Positions 19,407 through 29,573 of a DNA stretch of 64,000 bases are shown piece after piece. Within the stretch, counting starts at the first letter, position 1. The number at the start of each line of letters is the position of its first letter. A model generated the notes under the pieces. It searched no databases, was not told the DNA's origin, and saw only the letters and a program-made list of their open reading frames with translations. Both the position numbers and the translations under genes were made by a program. The stretch is from an uncultured Candidatus Saccharibacteria bacterium (GTDB taxonomy: Bacteria > Patescibacteriota > Minisyncoccia > UBA6257 > JACOXY01): contig CAYHMC010000007.1 in the NCBI GenBank assembly GCA_964357615.1, forward strand, positions 4,896 to 68,895. Direction: 5' to 3'.

Positions 19407-19662
19407 CCCGTTAGAAATAAGACGCAGACGCCAAAAGCGCCGTACATACTATTATATTAAATTGATATTCTGAAATTTTGATATTAAACATAAATTTTTA
19501 CATGCGTCCGCGAATTCTAACGGGATTCATTATAAATTTAATCGTAATTTATTTTAAATTAAAAAACGATATCTTTCCAAAATTTTTCAGACAAGTAATA
19601 GAAGTGTGATTTTATATCATTACCTCTATATCATTTGTAATTGTAACAAACTTACTTCTTCC

Positions 19663-22131
19663 TTATAAGCATACAATACCAGCGATCTTATCTCCAGGCT
19701 TCAAGGACATTATACGAACTCCCTGAGTATCACGACCAGCTTCGCGAATATCTTTAATGCTGGTTTTAATTATTTGTCCTCTTGTAGATAAGGCTAAAAG
19801 TTCTTCTTCATTAGTAATGATTCTTGCCGCAATAACTTGTCCAGTTTTTTGATTTATTTTTGCAGTTTTAATTCCAGAGCCACCGCGATTTTGAATTTTA
19901 TATTCATTGATACTTGTTCTTTTCGCATAACCCATAGACATTACTACAAGCAAGTAAACATTCTTATCTTCGCTCGCTTCTTTGGTTATGACATCGAAAG
20001 AGCTTACTTTATCTCCTTTCTTTAATCGAATAGCATTTACTCCGCTTGCGGCTCTACCCAGCGGACGAATATCATCTTCTTTAAATCTAATAGCCTGACC
20101 GTTTCTTGTTGCAATAAGCACATCGCTACCTGAACCAGCCATACTTACCCAACGCAATAAATCTTCGTCTTTTAATTTAAGAGCAATTATTCCAGAGCGT
20201 CTGACATTTTCGAAATCTTTAAGAGGAGTTTTTTTGATTACTCCATTTTCTGTAACCATAACTAAATTTAGTTCTTCTTTTTCTTTTCCAGAATATGCAA
20301 TAACCGCGCTTACATTTTCAGTTGTTGGAATTTCTAAAAAGTTATGAATTGCTTTGCCTTTGGACGTACGGGAGCCAACTGGAATTTCATATGCTTTCGT
20401 TTGAAACACCTTACCTCCAGTTGTAAAGAAAAGCATGTTGTCATGGGTATTTACACTTACAAAATGGGTAACGAAATCTTCTTCGCCCATCTCTCCACCA
20501 ATGATTCCCTTACCACCTCTTCGCTGAACTTTAAATCCCTCTGGGTTTATTCTTTTAATATAACCTCCGGCAGAAATTGTAATAACAGCCTCTTCTTCGG
20601 GAACTAAATCTTCTTCTCGAAATTCTTTTAATCCACCGGCAACAACTTTAGTTCTTCTGGCATCTCCAAATTTTTCTTTAATTTCTTTTAGTTCATCCTT
20701 AACGACATCTTTGATTTTTTCTGGATTCTTAAGAAGAAGCTCTAATTCCTTTATGAGTTTATGTTTTTCTTTAAGTTCTTCTTCGAGTTTATATCGCTCA
20801 AGCGCAGCTAAAGCTTGCAATCTCATTTCTAATATCGCGGTTGCCTGCAAAATGCTTAACTTGAAATTTTTAATAAGATTTGCGTGGGCTTCCTCTTTGT
20901 TATTCGATTTCTTAATCGTTGCAATAATTTTATCTATAACTGAAAGCGCCTTAACAAGGCCTTCTAATATATGGGCTCTTTCTTTTGCTTTCTTTAAATC
21001 AAATTCGGCTCTTCTTTTTACAATTTCTCTGCGGTGATCTAGAAATTGCTCTAACATGTCTTTAACAGACATTAGAACTGGCTGAAGTCCGCCTTCAAGA
21101 GAAATCAAATTCAAATGGAAATCTTTTTGTAAATCAGTATGTTTATAAAGTTGATTTAGAATTTTTTGTGGAGGAACATCATTTTTTAATTCAATTACAA
21201 TTCTTATTCCATCTTTATCAGATTCATCGCGAATATCACGAATGCCTTCTAGTCTTTTCTCTTCAACTAACTCTGCCATCTTAATAATTAGCTCTGACTT
21301 GTTAACTTGATAAGGAATTTCGGTAATTATAATCGAATATTGATTATTTTTTTTCTCTATAACCTCAGCAAGTCCTCTAACGGTAATCGGACCACGACCA
21401 GATGCATAACACTCAACGATAGACTTTCTATCATATATAATGCCTCCGGTAGGAAAATCTGGTCCCTTAAGAATCTCCATAATGTCTTCAATATTAGATT
21501 TTGGTTTATGAAGAATGAGCGTAGCAGCATCAATCACCTCAACGATGTTGTGTGGTGGAATCATCGTAGTCATGCCAACTGCGATACCCATCGAACCATT
21601 TAAAAGAAGGTTTGGTATTTTTGCAGGAAGCACTTTTGGCTCTTCACGACTACTATCATAGTTTGGTTGCCAATTAACGGTTTCTTTTTCGATGTCGAGC
21701 AATAATTCCTCGGCAATTCTAGAAAGACGCGATTCAGTATAACGCATAGCAGCGGCGGAATCTCCGTCGATAGAACCGAAGTTGCCTTGTCCTTCTATTA
21801 ATGGATAGCGCATCGAAAACGGTTGCGCCAATCTTACTTGAGCATCATAAACAGATGTGTCGCCATGAGGGTGATAACGTCCCAACACTTCTCCGACTAC
21901 ATTTGCAGATTTTTTAAATTTTGCACTATGAGTCAAACCCATATCCCACATAGCCCAAAGAATTCTTCTATGAACTGGTTTTAGGCCGTCTCTAACATCG
22001 GGCAAAGCGCGAGTAACAATTACAGACATCGCATAATCAAGATAAGACTCTTGAAGCTCGTCAGTAATTTCACGCCTTTCAATTTCTGCTACAATTTTTG
22101 GAATTTTAATTTCTTTATCCTTACTTGCCAT
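19663..22131 (-). CDS. gyrA: DNA gyrase subunit A
   Basis: 822 aa. [60 protein letters not shown], and C-terminal beta-pinwheel repeats. Confidence 0.95.
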   Translation of the reverse strand: MASKDKEIKIPKIVAEIERREITDELQESYLDYAMSVIVTRALPDVRDGLKPVHRRILWAMWDMGLTHSAKFKKSANVVGEVLGRYHPHGDTSVYDAQVRLAQPFSMRYPLIEGQGNFGSIDGDSAAAMRYTESRLSRIAEELLLDIEKETVNWQPNYDSSREEPKVLPAKIPNLLLNGSMGIAVGMTTMIPPHNIVEVIDAATLILHKPKSNIEDIMEILKGPDFPTGGIIYDRKSIVECYASGRGPITVRGLAEVIEKKNNQYSIIITEIPYQVNKSELIIKMAELVEEKRLEGIRDIRDESDKDGIRIVIELKNDVPPQKILNQLYKHTDLQKDFHLNLISLEGGLQPVLMSVKDMLEQFLDHRREIVKRRAEFDLKKAKERAHILEGLVKALSVIDKIIATIKKSNNKEEAHANLIKNFKLSILQATAILEMRLQALAALERYKLEEELKEKHKLIKELELLLKNPEKIKDVVKDELKEIKEKFGDARRTKVVAGGLKEFREEDLVPEEEAVITISAGGYIKRINPEGFKVQRRGGKGIIGGEMGEEDFVTHFVSVNTHDNMLFFTTGGKVFQTKAYEIPVGSRTSKGKAIHNFLEIPTTENVSAVIAYSGKEKEELNLVMVTENGVIKKTPLKDFENVRRSGIIALKLKDEDLLRWVSMAGSGSDVLIATRNGQAIRFKEDDIRPLGRAASGVNAIRLKKGDKVSSFDVITKEASEDKNVYLLVVMSMGYAKRTSINEYKIQNRGGSGIKTAKINQKTGQVIAARIITNEEELLALSTRGQIIKTSIKDIREAGRDTQGVRIMSLKPGDKIAGIVCL

Positions 22132-22143
22132 AAAATAGTTAAA

Positions 22144-22497
22144 TTAGTTGCCTATATTTTTTTCAATCATTATATCATTACTTTTATTTGTAACACCAAG
22201 AATCATGGCTTTGATTTTATTATAAATCGCTCCTGAGTTTCGTTTAAAATTTGAAATGAGTGGATTTTCTTTAGTCTCATTTGTTCGAGTAATAGAAATA
22301 GAATTTTGTTCAACTTGCGCAGTTGGTATTTTTTCAATTGTTGCATTTATATAAAGCACCCAAAAAACAAAAACAATAAAAATGGATATCCCGCTTAAAA
22401 CCATAACCCATATCTTCTTTGCTCTCTCGTCTAAATTTCTTAAATAATCAATTAAGTTATGAATTGATTTTTCTTTATAGTGATAGGAGGTGGGCAT
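22144..22497 (-). CDS. Hypothetical membrane protein
   Basis: 117 aa with one TM segment (IWVMVLSGISIFIVFVFWVLYI). No recognised family. Confidence 0.35.
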   Translation of the reverse strand: MPTSYHYKEKSIHNLIDYLRNLDERAKKIWVMVLSGISIFIVFVFWVLYINATIEKIPTAQVEQNSISITRTNETKENPLISNFKRNSGAIYNKIKAMILGVTNKSNDIMIEKNIGN

Positions 22498-22529
22498 TTT
22501 AAAAAATACAATTATACATTAATTAATAA

Positions 22530-23132
22530 CTATGCATCAATGCATACAAGTTTTGCTTTATCTCCCATCTCAATAATATCTTTCTTCTTTATAACTAGTT
22601 TATCTATTTTTTCACATTTCTTTCCTAATTCATCCACATAAGAAGCGAGTTGTTTTGCTGGATATACAACCGTAATGCTTGGGTCGAACTGTTTAATTAA
22701 CTTATCGGCACTTTTAGGATCTAAGTATGTTTTTCCAACTGGAATAAAAAGTATATCGATGTCGCTAATTTTTCCCATTATTTCAGAAGACGGTGGGGCT
22801 GATATATTTCCCATAAAAAGAATGGAGACATTTTCAATCGTTACAAGATACATTGTATCAGCAAGACCACTTTTTAAATCTAGATTTGTTTGAAAACCAT
22901 GCACCAAAACCTCTTGAATTTCATATTCACCACCACCAGAAATAACCATCTCCCCTTTACTAGAAACAGAAGAAGATAGAGCCGGCACATCACCCTTGCC
23001 AACATTAACTAACTTGTTTTGAGTTAAAAGTGTTATGTCTGACTTAAATTTTTCACTAGTAGGATCAATTAAAACATTAATTTTGCCACTTCCAATCCTA
23101 AAGCAAGTATCATTGTGATATGTAATTACCAT
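22530..23132 (-). CDS. Metallo-beta-lactamase-fold metal-dependent hydrolase (UPF0173-like)
   Basis: 200 aa. The N-terminus MVITYHNDTCFRIGSGKINVLIDP resembles the MKITYLGHSCF... start of small MBL-fold hydrolases. Confidence 0.45.
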   Translation of the reverse strand: MVITYHNDTCFRIGSGKINVLIDPTSEKFKSDITLLTQNKLVNVGKGDVPALSSSVSSKGEMVISGGGEYEIQEVLVHGFQTNLDLKSGLADTMYLVTIENVSILFMGNISAPPSSEIMGKISDIDILFIPVGKTYLDPKSADKLIKQFDPSITVVYPAKQLASYVDELGKKCEKIDKLVIKKKDIIEMGDKAKLVCIDA

Positions 23133-23475
23133 TTTTTTACAAACTGCTAACTTAAATTAAATAATAAATATTGAAGGAAATTATGCATAGCCTTTACGAT
23201 TTTATTATTTATCGTTACCAGTTATGAGTTATTCATTATACATTACCTTAATTAAACTTGCTTTTCAACTCAAAATGGCTTATAGTGACATTCAACTAGT
23301 TATTACTAGATTGTAAGTATATGGCTATATTTAGCTGAAAATCTAAATATCCATTTAATTTCCAAAGCGACTAGTATGATTAAATCGATTTAGATAAATT
23401 TAAATCGAACATTATTATTAATATTAATTTGGAATAAAAACGAAATTTAATTTATCGTTTTCTGTCTTTATAAAA

Positions 23476-24555
23476 ATGAAAACTTCATTCGCAGATTTTG
23501 TAAAAAATGACGCCACGGTGTTAAAGCTTCCTCGCGAAGGCGAAGTAGTAGATGGCATACTAATTGAAAAGAAACCACGCAGAGCTTATTTTAATTTAGG
23601 CACTCTTGGAACTGGAATAGTTTATGGTAGAGAATATTTAAATGCAAAAGAAATTATTAAGGGATTAGCTGTGGGAGATAAAATGAGCGCTAAAATATCT
23701 GCCGTTCAGAACGAAGATGGCTATGTAGAACTTTCACTTGGCGCAGCAAGCGAAGAAAAACAATGGGGTGGGGTTCAAGACCTTAAAGAATCTGGTGAAA
23801 TTATCACCCTAAAAATAACTGGGGCAAATAGCGGAGGTTTAATAGCTGATTTAAGCAACTTAAAAGCATTTTTACCTGTATCACAATTATCTAACGAACA
23901 TTATCCTAGAATTTCTGGTAGCGAGAATCAAAAAGAGGCCATATTAAAAGAGCTTAAGAAATTTACAGGACAGGAAATGCGAGTAAAAGTAATAGATGTA
24001 AATCCCAGAACTGAAAAACTTATTATTTCCGAGCGTGAAATTACAGATGAAAATGTCAAAGAATTACTTAAAAAATATACGGTAGGCGATATAGTCGATG
24101 GCATAGTATCGGGCGTTGCAGATTTTGGAGCCTTTGTTAAATTTGTTGACAATCCAGCAATTGAAGGACTTATTCACATCTCTGAACTTGATCATAAACT
24201 AATAGAAGGACCGAAAGATGTGGTTAAGGTTGACGACCCAGTAAGAGTAAAAATTATTGATATAAAAGATGGCAGGGTATTCTTGTCTCTCAAAGCCCTA
24301 AAAGCCGACCCATGGGCCACCATTGCAGAAAGATACAAAGAAGGAGCAGAAGTTTCTGGAAAAGTTAAAAAGTTTAACCCTTATGGTGCGTTTATAGACT
24401 TGGGCGACGGCGAAATTCAAGGCCTAATCCATGTTTCTGAATTTGGGGGAACAGAAGAAATGAAAAAAGTGTTAGAGCTTGGAAATACGTATAACTTCAC
24501 AATAACAACACTAAAACCAGAAGAGAAAAGATTGCTTCTTAAGATAAAAAAATAA
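23476..24555 (+). CDS. rpsA: 30S ribosomal protein S1 (short four-S1-domain form)
   Basis: 359 aa with four S1-like repeats. GEVVDGILIEK..., GEIITLKITGANSGGLIADL, VGDIVDGIVSGVADFGAFVKF...GLIHISEL, AEVSGKVKKFNPYGAFIDLGDGEIQGLIHVSEF. Confidence 0.8.
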   Translation: MKTSFADFVKNDATVLKLPREGEVVDGILIEKKPRRAYFNLGTLGTGIVYGREYLNAKEIIKGLAVGDKMSAKISAVQNEDGYVELSLGAASEEKQWGGVQDLKESGEIITLKITGANSGGLIADLSNLKAFLPVSQLSNEHYPRISGSENQKEAILKELKKFTGQEMRVKVIDVNPRTEKLIISEREITDENVKELLKKYTVGDIVDGIVSGVADFGAFVKFVDNPAIEGLIHISELDHKLIEGPKDVVKVDDPVRVKIIDIKDGRVFLSLKALKADPWATIAERYKEGAEVSGKVKKFNPYGAFIDLGDGEIQGLIHVSEFGGTEEMKKVLELGNTYNFTITTLKPEEKRLLLKIKK

Positions 24556-24584
24556 TTCACTTTGTATTATTGAATTAAAAAAAA

Positions 24585-24612
24585 TCACGACTACCATGTC
24601 GTGTTTTTTTAT
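24585..24612 (+). terminator. Rho-independent terminator for rpsA
   Basis: Hairpin CACGAC-taccat-GTCGTG followed by TTTTTTTATTT. Confidence 0.6.
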
Positions 24613-24623
24613 TTAAATAAAAA

Positions 24624-24660
24624 AGGGAGGGTCGCACAGCGTACTGCTGTGTGCCCTCCC
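24624..24660 (-). terminator. Rho-independent terminator, minus strand, for the GC-rich gene 24682..25095
   Basis: Imperfect GC-rich hairpin GGGAGGGTCGCACAGC...GCTGTGTGCCCTCCC, followed on the minus strand by a T-run (complement of the aaaaaa stretch at about 24610-24622). Confidence 0.5.
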
Positions 24661-24681
24661 TGTGAATCAGAAACCCACTGA

Positions 24682-25095
24682 CTAGGCGGAGAAGAGTGCT
24701 TCGACTTCGTTCGCCTCGGTCACGCGACCCTGCGACCCCACGGTCGAAGTCTCGAGATCGGCGATCGCAAGACGAAGTCGCGCAATCTCGACTTCGGTCT
24801 CACGCTTCTCCTCGGCGTTCTGGGCTTGGAGCGAATCCTCGTTGACTCGGAGCTTGGCTGCGTCGGAGGCCACGGTGTTCTCGAGTCCGAGGACACCAAC
24901 CACGACACCCATGACAGCGCCAACTTGCTCTGGAGTGCTCGCGAACTTGGAAGTCGCGATTGCCTTCGCCAGGTCGAACACCATCGGCTTGGGCAACTTG
25001 ATCGACTCCTTGCCGGTTTTGATGCCGACCGCGAAAGTAAGTAGCGTCATCCCGATGAAAATCACTGTCCCGATGAAAATCGTGGGCATATCCAT
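24682..25095 (-). CDS. GC-rich foreign-looking gene: small N-terminally membrane-anchored protein with C-terminal coiled coil. The track ORF extends to 25140; the likely start is the ATG at 25095, preceded by an AAGGAGAG Shine-Dalgarno.
   Basis: Product MDMPTIFIGTVIFIGMTLLTFAVGIK...EIARLRLAIADLETSTVGSQ. Codon third positions are overwhelmingly G/C. GC is far above the surrounding genome. Confidence 0.55.
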   Translation of the reverse strand: MDMPTIFIGTVIFIGMTLLTFAVGIKTGKESIKLPKPMVFDLAKAIATSKFASTPEQVGAVMGVVVGVLGLENTVASDAAKLRVNEDSLQAQNAEEKRETEVEIARLRLAIADLETSTVGSQGRVTEANEVEALFSA

Positions 25096-25422
25096 TTGGT
25101 TCTCTCCTTTTCTTTGAGGGCTTCTGTGCCCTGGTCGCACTTTGAGGCTTTTGGAGCCTCCTAATCTCTTGCTTTTTTAATTATAGCATTTTTTCATGAA
25201 TTTGTCAATATTGAGTAACATTATCTTTATATAAAGGCTTTTATACTTGCTCATTTCAACAAATTACATAGCTATACAATAGAAATAGCTTATATGTCTG
25301 TGGAAAAAGACTGAATTTCTCTTATCAAACGCGATTTTTATGCTTAAAATACTACTAATTTTATACTATGACCCCCTTTTTAGAAGTCGCTATGACGCGA
25401 AGAACCCCTGCTTCTATCGGGG

Positions 25423-25451
25423 TTGACAAAAAGCTATTTTTTTGCTATAAT
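25423..25451 (+). promoter_or_regulatory. Consensus sigma70 promoter: TTGACA, 17-nt spacer, TATAAT
   Basis: ggTTGACAaaaagctatttttttgcTATAATgg lies about 110 nt upstream of the ATG at 25561, which has an AAGGAGA Shine-Dalgarno. Confidence 0.65.
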
Positions 25452-25560
25452 GGCCCCAGAACATAACGATCCTAACGGCTAGCTCTTCTTCTAGAGTTGC
25501 ATTGGTTGCAGCTCGAGAGCCTTAGTCTTAAGGACAAAACAACAAGAGAAGGAGAATTTC

Positions 25561-26478
25561 ATGACTCGAAACACGCGCAGTAGTAAGAGTTCCCGCGAAC
25601 AGCACGTGGACGCGAACTTCGACGGCGACCACAAGAAGGCCGAAGCGACCGAGCGACACGAAAAGGAAGGCACCTTCACCGGTGTCCACATCCACTTCGG
25701 CGTCGGTGTCTACGAAGGCCATGCCGACGAGAACACCGAGGTCAAGGAAGCTTGGCGCTTGAAGAAGTACGGCTTCGCGACCGTTCGGGCTCTCGCCGTC
25801 AACTTCGGCAAGATGATCGACGCTGGCACGATGGCCGCCGGCAAGCCGTGTGGTCGGTGTGGCGACTACGTTCCGGGCGACATCAACTCGCTCGAGACGC
25901 TCGAGACGCTGGTCACGATGGCGGTCAACTACGCGCAGAATCGTCCGATCACCAAGGACGAGTGCAACGAAGTCCTCGCCGAAGTCCGGGTCACCCTCGG
26001 TAAGCAGGCCAAGATGAACTCCCGGCTGTCCTTCGACGATCTCGTCGAGCGCTTCACGGCGGTGGACAACGAGGTCTTCGCCGTCAGCCACTCCGCAGTG
26101 GCGAACACCATCGACTACCGCAAGTACGTCGAGACGGTGGAGGCGGTGGAAGAGGAGTGTCTCACGCGTGTTCGCGACAACCTCGTGAACGGAATTCGTG
26201 AGCTCGCCGACGACCTCGGTGGCGAGAAGAAAACCGTCGTTCTCACGGCGGTCGAGCGTATCTTGGCGGAGGAGAGCAATCTCCGTCGTCAGATCGGTGC
26301 GCTCATGGCCGAGCGTCTGCAGTGTCGCCAGGCCGGCGCGAAGTACGCATCGCAGCGTGCGGACGAGCGCGCGTCGGAAGGTCGGCGCGAGCAACGCTTC
26401 ACCCCCCGTCAGGGACGGGGTCGGGGTCGAGGAACCCACGGTGGCGGTCGCTACCAGGCGCGGAGCGCCCAGCAGTAA
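25561..26478 (+). CDS. GC-rich foreign-looking gene: hypothetical protein with C-terminal RG/RGG-rich tail
   Basis: 305 aa. Strong RBS and GC3-rich codons. The C-terminus RFTPRQGRGRGRGTHGGGRYQARSAQQ is a possible nucleic-acid-binding tail. The antisense 303-aa ORF (25528..26439) is the expected spurious open frame of high-GC DNA. Confidence 0.6.
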   Translation: MTRNTRSSKSSREQHVDANFDGDHKKAEATERHEKEGTFTGVHIHFGVGVYEGHADENTEVKEAWRLKKYGFATVRALAVNFGKMIDAGTMAAGKPCGRCGDYVPGDINSLETLETLVTMAVNYAQNRPITKDECNEVLAEVRVTLGKQAKMNSRLSFDDLVERFTAVDNEVFAVSHSAVANTIDYRKYVETVEAVEEECLTRVRDNLVNGIRELADDLGGEKKTVVLTAVERILAEESNLRRQIGALMAERLQCRQAGAKYASQRADERASEGRREQRFTPRQGRGRGRGTHGGGRYQARSAQQ

Positions 26479-26512
26479 ACTAGGTACCTCGCCTAGTAGC
26501 AGTTGATGCGAA

Positions 26513-26564
26513 GGGGAGGCAGTAAGTTTCTAGCGCAAGCTAGAGCCTGCCTCCCCCTTTTTTT
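26513..26564 (+). terminator. Rho-independent terminator
   Basis: GGGGAGGCAG ... CTGCCTCCCC stem followed by TTTTTTT. Confidence 0.65.
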
Positions 26565-26910
26565 AAGAATTTTTAATTTTTGAATTTTTAAAAAAGGGAG
26601 TTAAGTCTCACAAGCTTAAAGTAATTCTGGATTTAATAGACCCTTTGCGCAATTAATTTCGTAGCGAGAATTCTGGATTTTCTGCGAGGCGAAGTAAAAA
26701 TTTTGAAGGTGTATACAAAGTTATACTTCAAGAAATTTTTACAAAGCCGTAGCTAAAATATGGAATTCGTTGTAGAAAAGTAATTGTGCAAAAGGTCTAA
26801 TATATTAGTTTGCGCTTGTGAAACTTGACAATCCCCATTCATTTTACGAAGGGACACAAACGCAGAAAAACCAGAAACAAAACTCGTAGCAAAGAGAGGA
26901 GAGAGTTCTG

Positions 26911-28359
26911 ATGATTTACACTATGCTTGGAGAAGATACCAGAGCTCCTGGAGGACCAGGCGCAACTTGCCATCTTCTGGAGTTGGCTGGAAAGACACTG
27001 GTAATAGATTGCGGTCTTAGATTTGAAAAGACGAGAGATGAAGAGAAAGTTTCTCTCGGCCCAGATCTTTCTAAAATCAAGAATAAAAGGGTAGATGCTG
27101 CATTCATTACGCATCTTCACCTTGACCACATGGGATGCTTCCCTGTATTTACAAGAGAACATCCAGATACGCCAATCTTTGCATCATGGCCAACCGCCCA
27201 CGGACTTCACATTCCAATCGAAGACACACTGAAGATTGGCCGGAGAGCGGAGCGTTGCGCCAGATTTTCTGGCAAAGATTATACCCCTCCGTTATATACG
27301 GCGGGAGATGCACATCGCTTTATGAATATGATTAATCCAGTCGATTGTCCGACATGGATGAATTTTATGGATTGGCCAGGCTGGCAAGTTGGGTTCTATC
27401 CAGCCGGTCACACCATAGGCGCAATGAGCATTTATATTGACTCTCCGGAAGGGCATTTCGTTATTACTGGCGATTGTTCGGCTCATAGCCAACCAATCAC
27501 TAGTGGAGTCCTTATTCCTCCCGCTGGATTCTTGGGAGAATTCATAAGTGAGTCTGCAAAAAGCAAATCGGGTCTCACGATTATTACCGAGGCCACGAAT
27601 GGTGCACGCACGCTTCCCGATATGTTGGCGCAGGAATCCGCAATGATTGCGGCATGTTCCGCAGCCAAAAATCGTGGTGGAGTTGCGATGCTTCATTCTT
27701 TTGCAGAAGGGCGCTCTGCTAATAATGCCATGCGCCTTGCCCCACATTTTCCAGTTCATATTGACGGACTGGCACGAGATTGGTGGCGCTTCTATGAAAG
27801 CGAAGACAGTTGCTGGGATGCCGGCGACGAAGAGCGCGCATTGATGATGCGCAAACTTCGCGAAGAAGGTCGCATCATCTTAATAGAAGGCACGAGTCGC
27901 GAAGACACAGAAGAACATCGCTTAAATCTCGCACTTGGAATGGATAGGTGCGGTAAAGAGGAATTCTCGCCGATTATTACACCAGCGGCAACTCTAGAGT
28001 CTGGCACAGCAATTTTCTATGGCCAGCATATTCTACGCAATAGAGATAATGTAGTCATCTCAACCGGACATCGCTTTCCGGACACCCCAGGAGATGCAAT
28101 CTTTAATGTAGAGAAGGGGCTAACAGTGAAGCTGGGCGAAGAGCATGTACCAGTCTCCTGCGAAACAGCTCACTTCGACTTCTCTGCTCACGATGGCGGA
28201 GACATACTCGCAAAGCGATGTGAAATCCTCGGAGCGAATCGAGTAATCATGCATCATGGTGATGACCGAAATCTCAGAGGCCTAGAAAATCGCCTTCTCT
28301 CGCTTACAAATCCTCCCGAAATCGCTTGGGGAAGATATGGAATTGTTTTTGAATTTTGA
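26911..28359 (+). CDS. Beta-CASP family metallo-beta-lactamase-fold nuclease (RNase J/CPSF-like)
   Basis: 482 aa. LVIDCG, THLHLDHMG (the HxHxDH motif), AGHTIGA, ITGDCS, and a C-terminal VIMHHGD beta-CASP histidine motif. GC is intermediate (about 45-50 percent by eye), above the genome background. Confidence 0.7.
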   Translation: MIYTMLGEDTRAPGGPGATCHLLELAGKTLVIDCGLRFEKTRDEEKVSLGPDLSKIKNKRVDAAFITHLHLDHMGCFPVFTREHPDTPIFASWPTAHGLHIPIEDTLKIGRRAERCARFSGKDYTPPLYTAGDAHRFMNMINPVDCPTWMNFMDWPGWQVGFYPAGHTIGAMSIYIDSPEGHFVITGDCSAHSQPITSGVLIPPAGFLGEFISESAKSKSGLTIITEATNGARTLPDMLAQESAMIAACSAAKNRGGVAMLHSFAEGRSANNAMRLAPHFPVHIDGLARDWWRFYESEDSCWDAGDEERALMMRKLREEGRIILIEGTSREDTEEHRLNLALGMDRCGKEEFSPIITPAATLESGTAIFYGQHILRNRDNVVISTGHRFPDTPGDAIFNVEKGLTVKLGEEHVPVSCETAHFDFSAHDGGDILAKRCEILGANRVIMHHGDDRNLRGLENRLLSLTNPPEIAWGRYGIVFEF

Positions 28360-28378
28360 TTTTTAGAAAATTACACGA

Positions 28379-28432
28379 CCACCCGACATTATTAGCGTTA
28401 TGCTAAATCACTCGGGTGGATTTTTTATTTTT
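28379..28432 (+). terminator. Rho-independent terminator
   Basis: CCACCCGA ... TCGGGTGG stem with a long loop, followed by TTTTTTATTTTT. Confidence 0.5.
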
Positions 28433-28512
28433 ATATACACATATAATCAAATAATATCTATTTGACACATATTGTTTATTATGGTAGAAAAAGACCAGAA
28501 AGAGAGGTTCCA

Positions 28513-29400
28513 ATGGAACAGAAAGCATTGCTAGACCCAAACAGTCGAAGCACAAAAGCCAGAGACAGAACATCATCTGGCCTCGCTGCCGCCATCAAAA
28601 CGGTGCGAGAAGAAGATGCAACTTTTAGCAGTATCAGACCACTTATTGGACTAGAAAAACTGCATATTCTTGTGGTTAGTAATAACAATTACAAAGATCA
28701 GGGGCGAGAATCAAATTTCGGAACATCCGATTATGGGAAACCTGCGGGAGTTGGTTTTCCGACTGGCGGTAGCGAAGCTCAAGAAGCAACAGAGCACGCC
28801 GCCGAAAGAGAAACTGCTTTCGAAAGTGGATTTCCTGTAAACCATACCATTCGCTTTATGGAAGAATATACAAACCTAAAGCGAGACCGAAGAATTGGCA
28901 TGGAAAAATATCATCCTCATTTTCTATACCTAATCGATGTCGACTCCGATTATGTTGGTCCTATTAGAGAGAAAAAAGAAATTAAGTGGGCCAAGTGGAT
29001 TACTTTTTGCGAAATTGTTGAGCGTCTAAAGCTTGGACAGAAGGCGCTTAAACTTATGCAAGAAAATCGATCGAATAAGTATAATAATCCAGAAGCATTC
29101 TACTTTAGTCATGCTAATAATTTTCTAATTCCTTTTTTTCTAAGTGTCTATTATATGACCGAAGAAGAAATTGATGAGATTACGAATAATCGTTATAGGA
29201 ATTGGATTAAGCGCTTTCGTCCTTATATTGTTCAGGAGATTGACGACCATGCCGAAGAGTTAATTGACCTCAGGCTAATGGATTGTGTCACAAATTCCGA
29301 AGATAACGGAACCGAAGAAACGATGAGTGATACTGGTGAATCGCCCAGCGAAAACAATAATTTCCCGCTTGAAATGTTCTGTGACATGTTTAACGACTAA
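28513..29400 (+). CDS. NUDIX hydrolase domain protein. The track ORF begins at TTG 28462; the preferred start is ATG 28513 with an AGAGAGG Shine-Dalgarno.
   Basis: GFPTGGSEAQEATEHAAERETAFESGF matches the Nudix box GX5EX7REUXEEXGU at all spacing positions except one (F for the first E of EE). A C-terminal acidic extension follows. Confidence 0.65.
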   Translation: MEQKALLDPNSRSTKARDRTSSGLAAAIKTVREEDATFSSIRPLIGLEKLHILVVSNNNYKDQGRESNFGTSDYGKPAGVGFPTGGSEAQEATEHAAERETAFESGFPVNHTIRFMEEYTNLKRDRRIGMEKYHPHFLYLIDVDSDYVGPIREKKEIKWAKWITFCEIVERLKLGQKALKLMQENRSNKYNNPEAFYFSHANNFLIPFFLSVYYMTEEEIDEITNNRYRNWIKRFRPYIVQEIDDHAEELIDLRLMDCVTNSEDNGTEETMSDTGESPSENNNFPLEMFCDMFND

Positions 29401-29416
29401 CAACCACCATATACAT

Positions 29417-29445
29417 GCTCTGCACTTTGCAGAGCTCTTTTTATT
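29417..29445 (+). terminator. Rho-independent terminator
   Basis: GCTCTGCA-ctt-TGCAGAGC followed by TCTTTTTATTT. Confidence 0.7.
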
Positions 29446-29518
29446 TCTTATTTAAAAACTCTCGCCATAAAACACGATATAAATTTAAAAACTACTAATA
29501 AAAACCATTAAAAAAAAT

Positions 29519-29546
29519 TTTACATAATGTGTTATCGTGGTACAAT
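29519..29546 (+). promoter_or_regulatory. Sigma70-like promoter with extended -10: TTTACA, 16-nt spacer, TGgTACAAT
   Basis: Located 28 nt upstream of the ftsH ATG at 29574. Confidence 0.5.
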
Positions 29547-29573
29547 GTTTGTAATAACCTTAAAAATAAATCT

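Noticed and set aside
25528-26439. Long antisense ORF (303 aa, minus strand) overlapping the GC-rich plus-strand gene, and other ORFs at 24720-26506 in the track
   Set aside because: High-GC DNA produces long stop-free frames on all strands. Only the plus-strand ORF has a promoter, a Shine-Dalgarno and coherent GC3 codon bias. The antisense product is low-complexity Arg/Ala/Leu-rich.
29529-29573. Upstream extension of ftsH to the track start at 29529
   Set aside because: The extension would overlap the predicted -10 box. The MKTPLIKK start at 29574 gives the canonical FtsH N-terminus directly before TM1.
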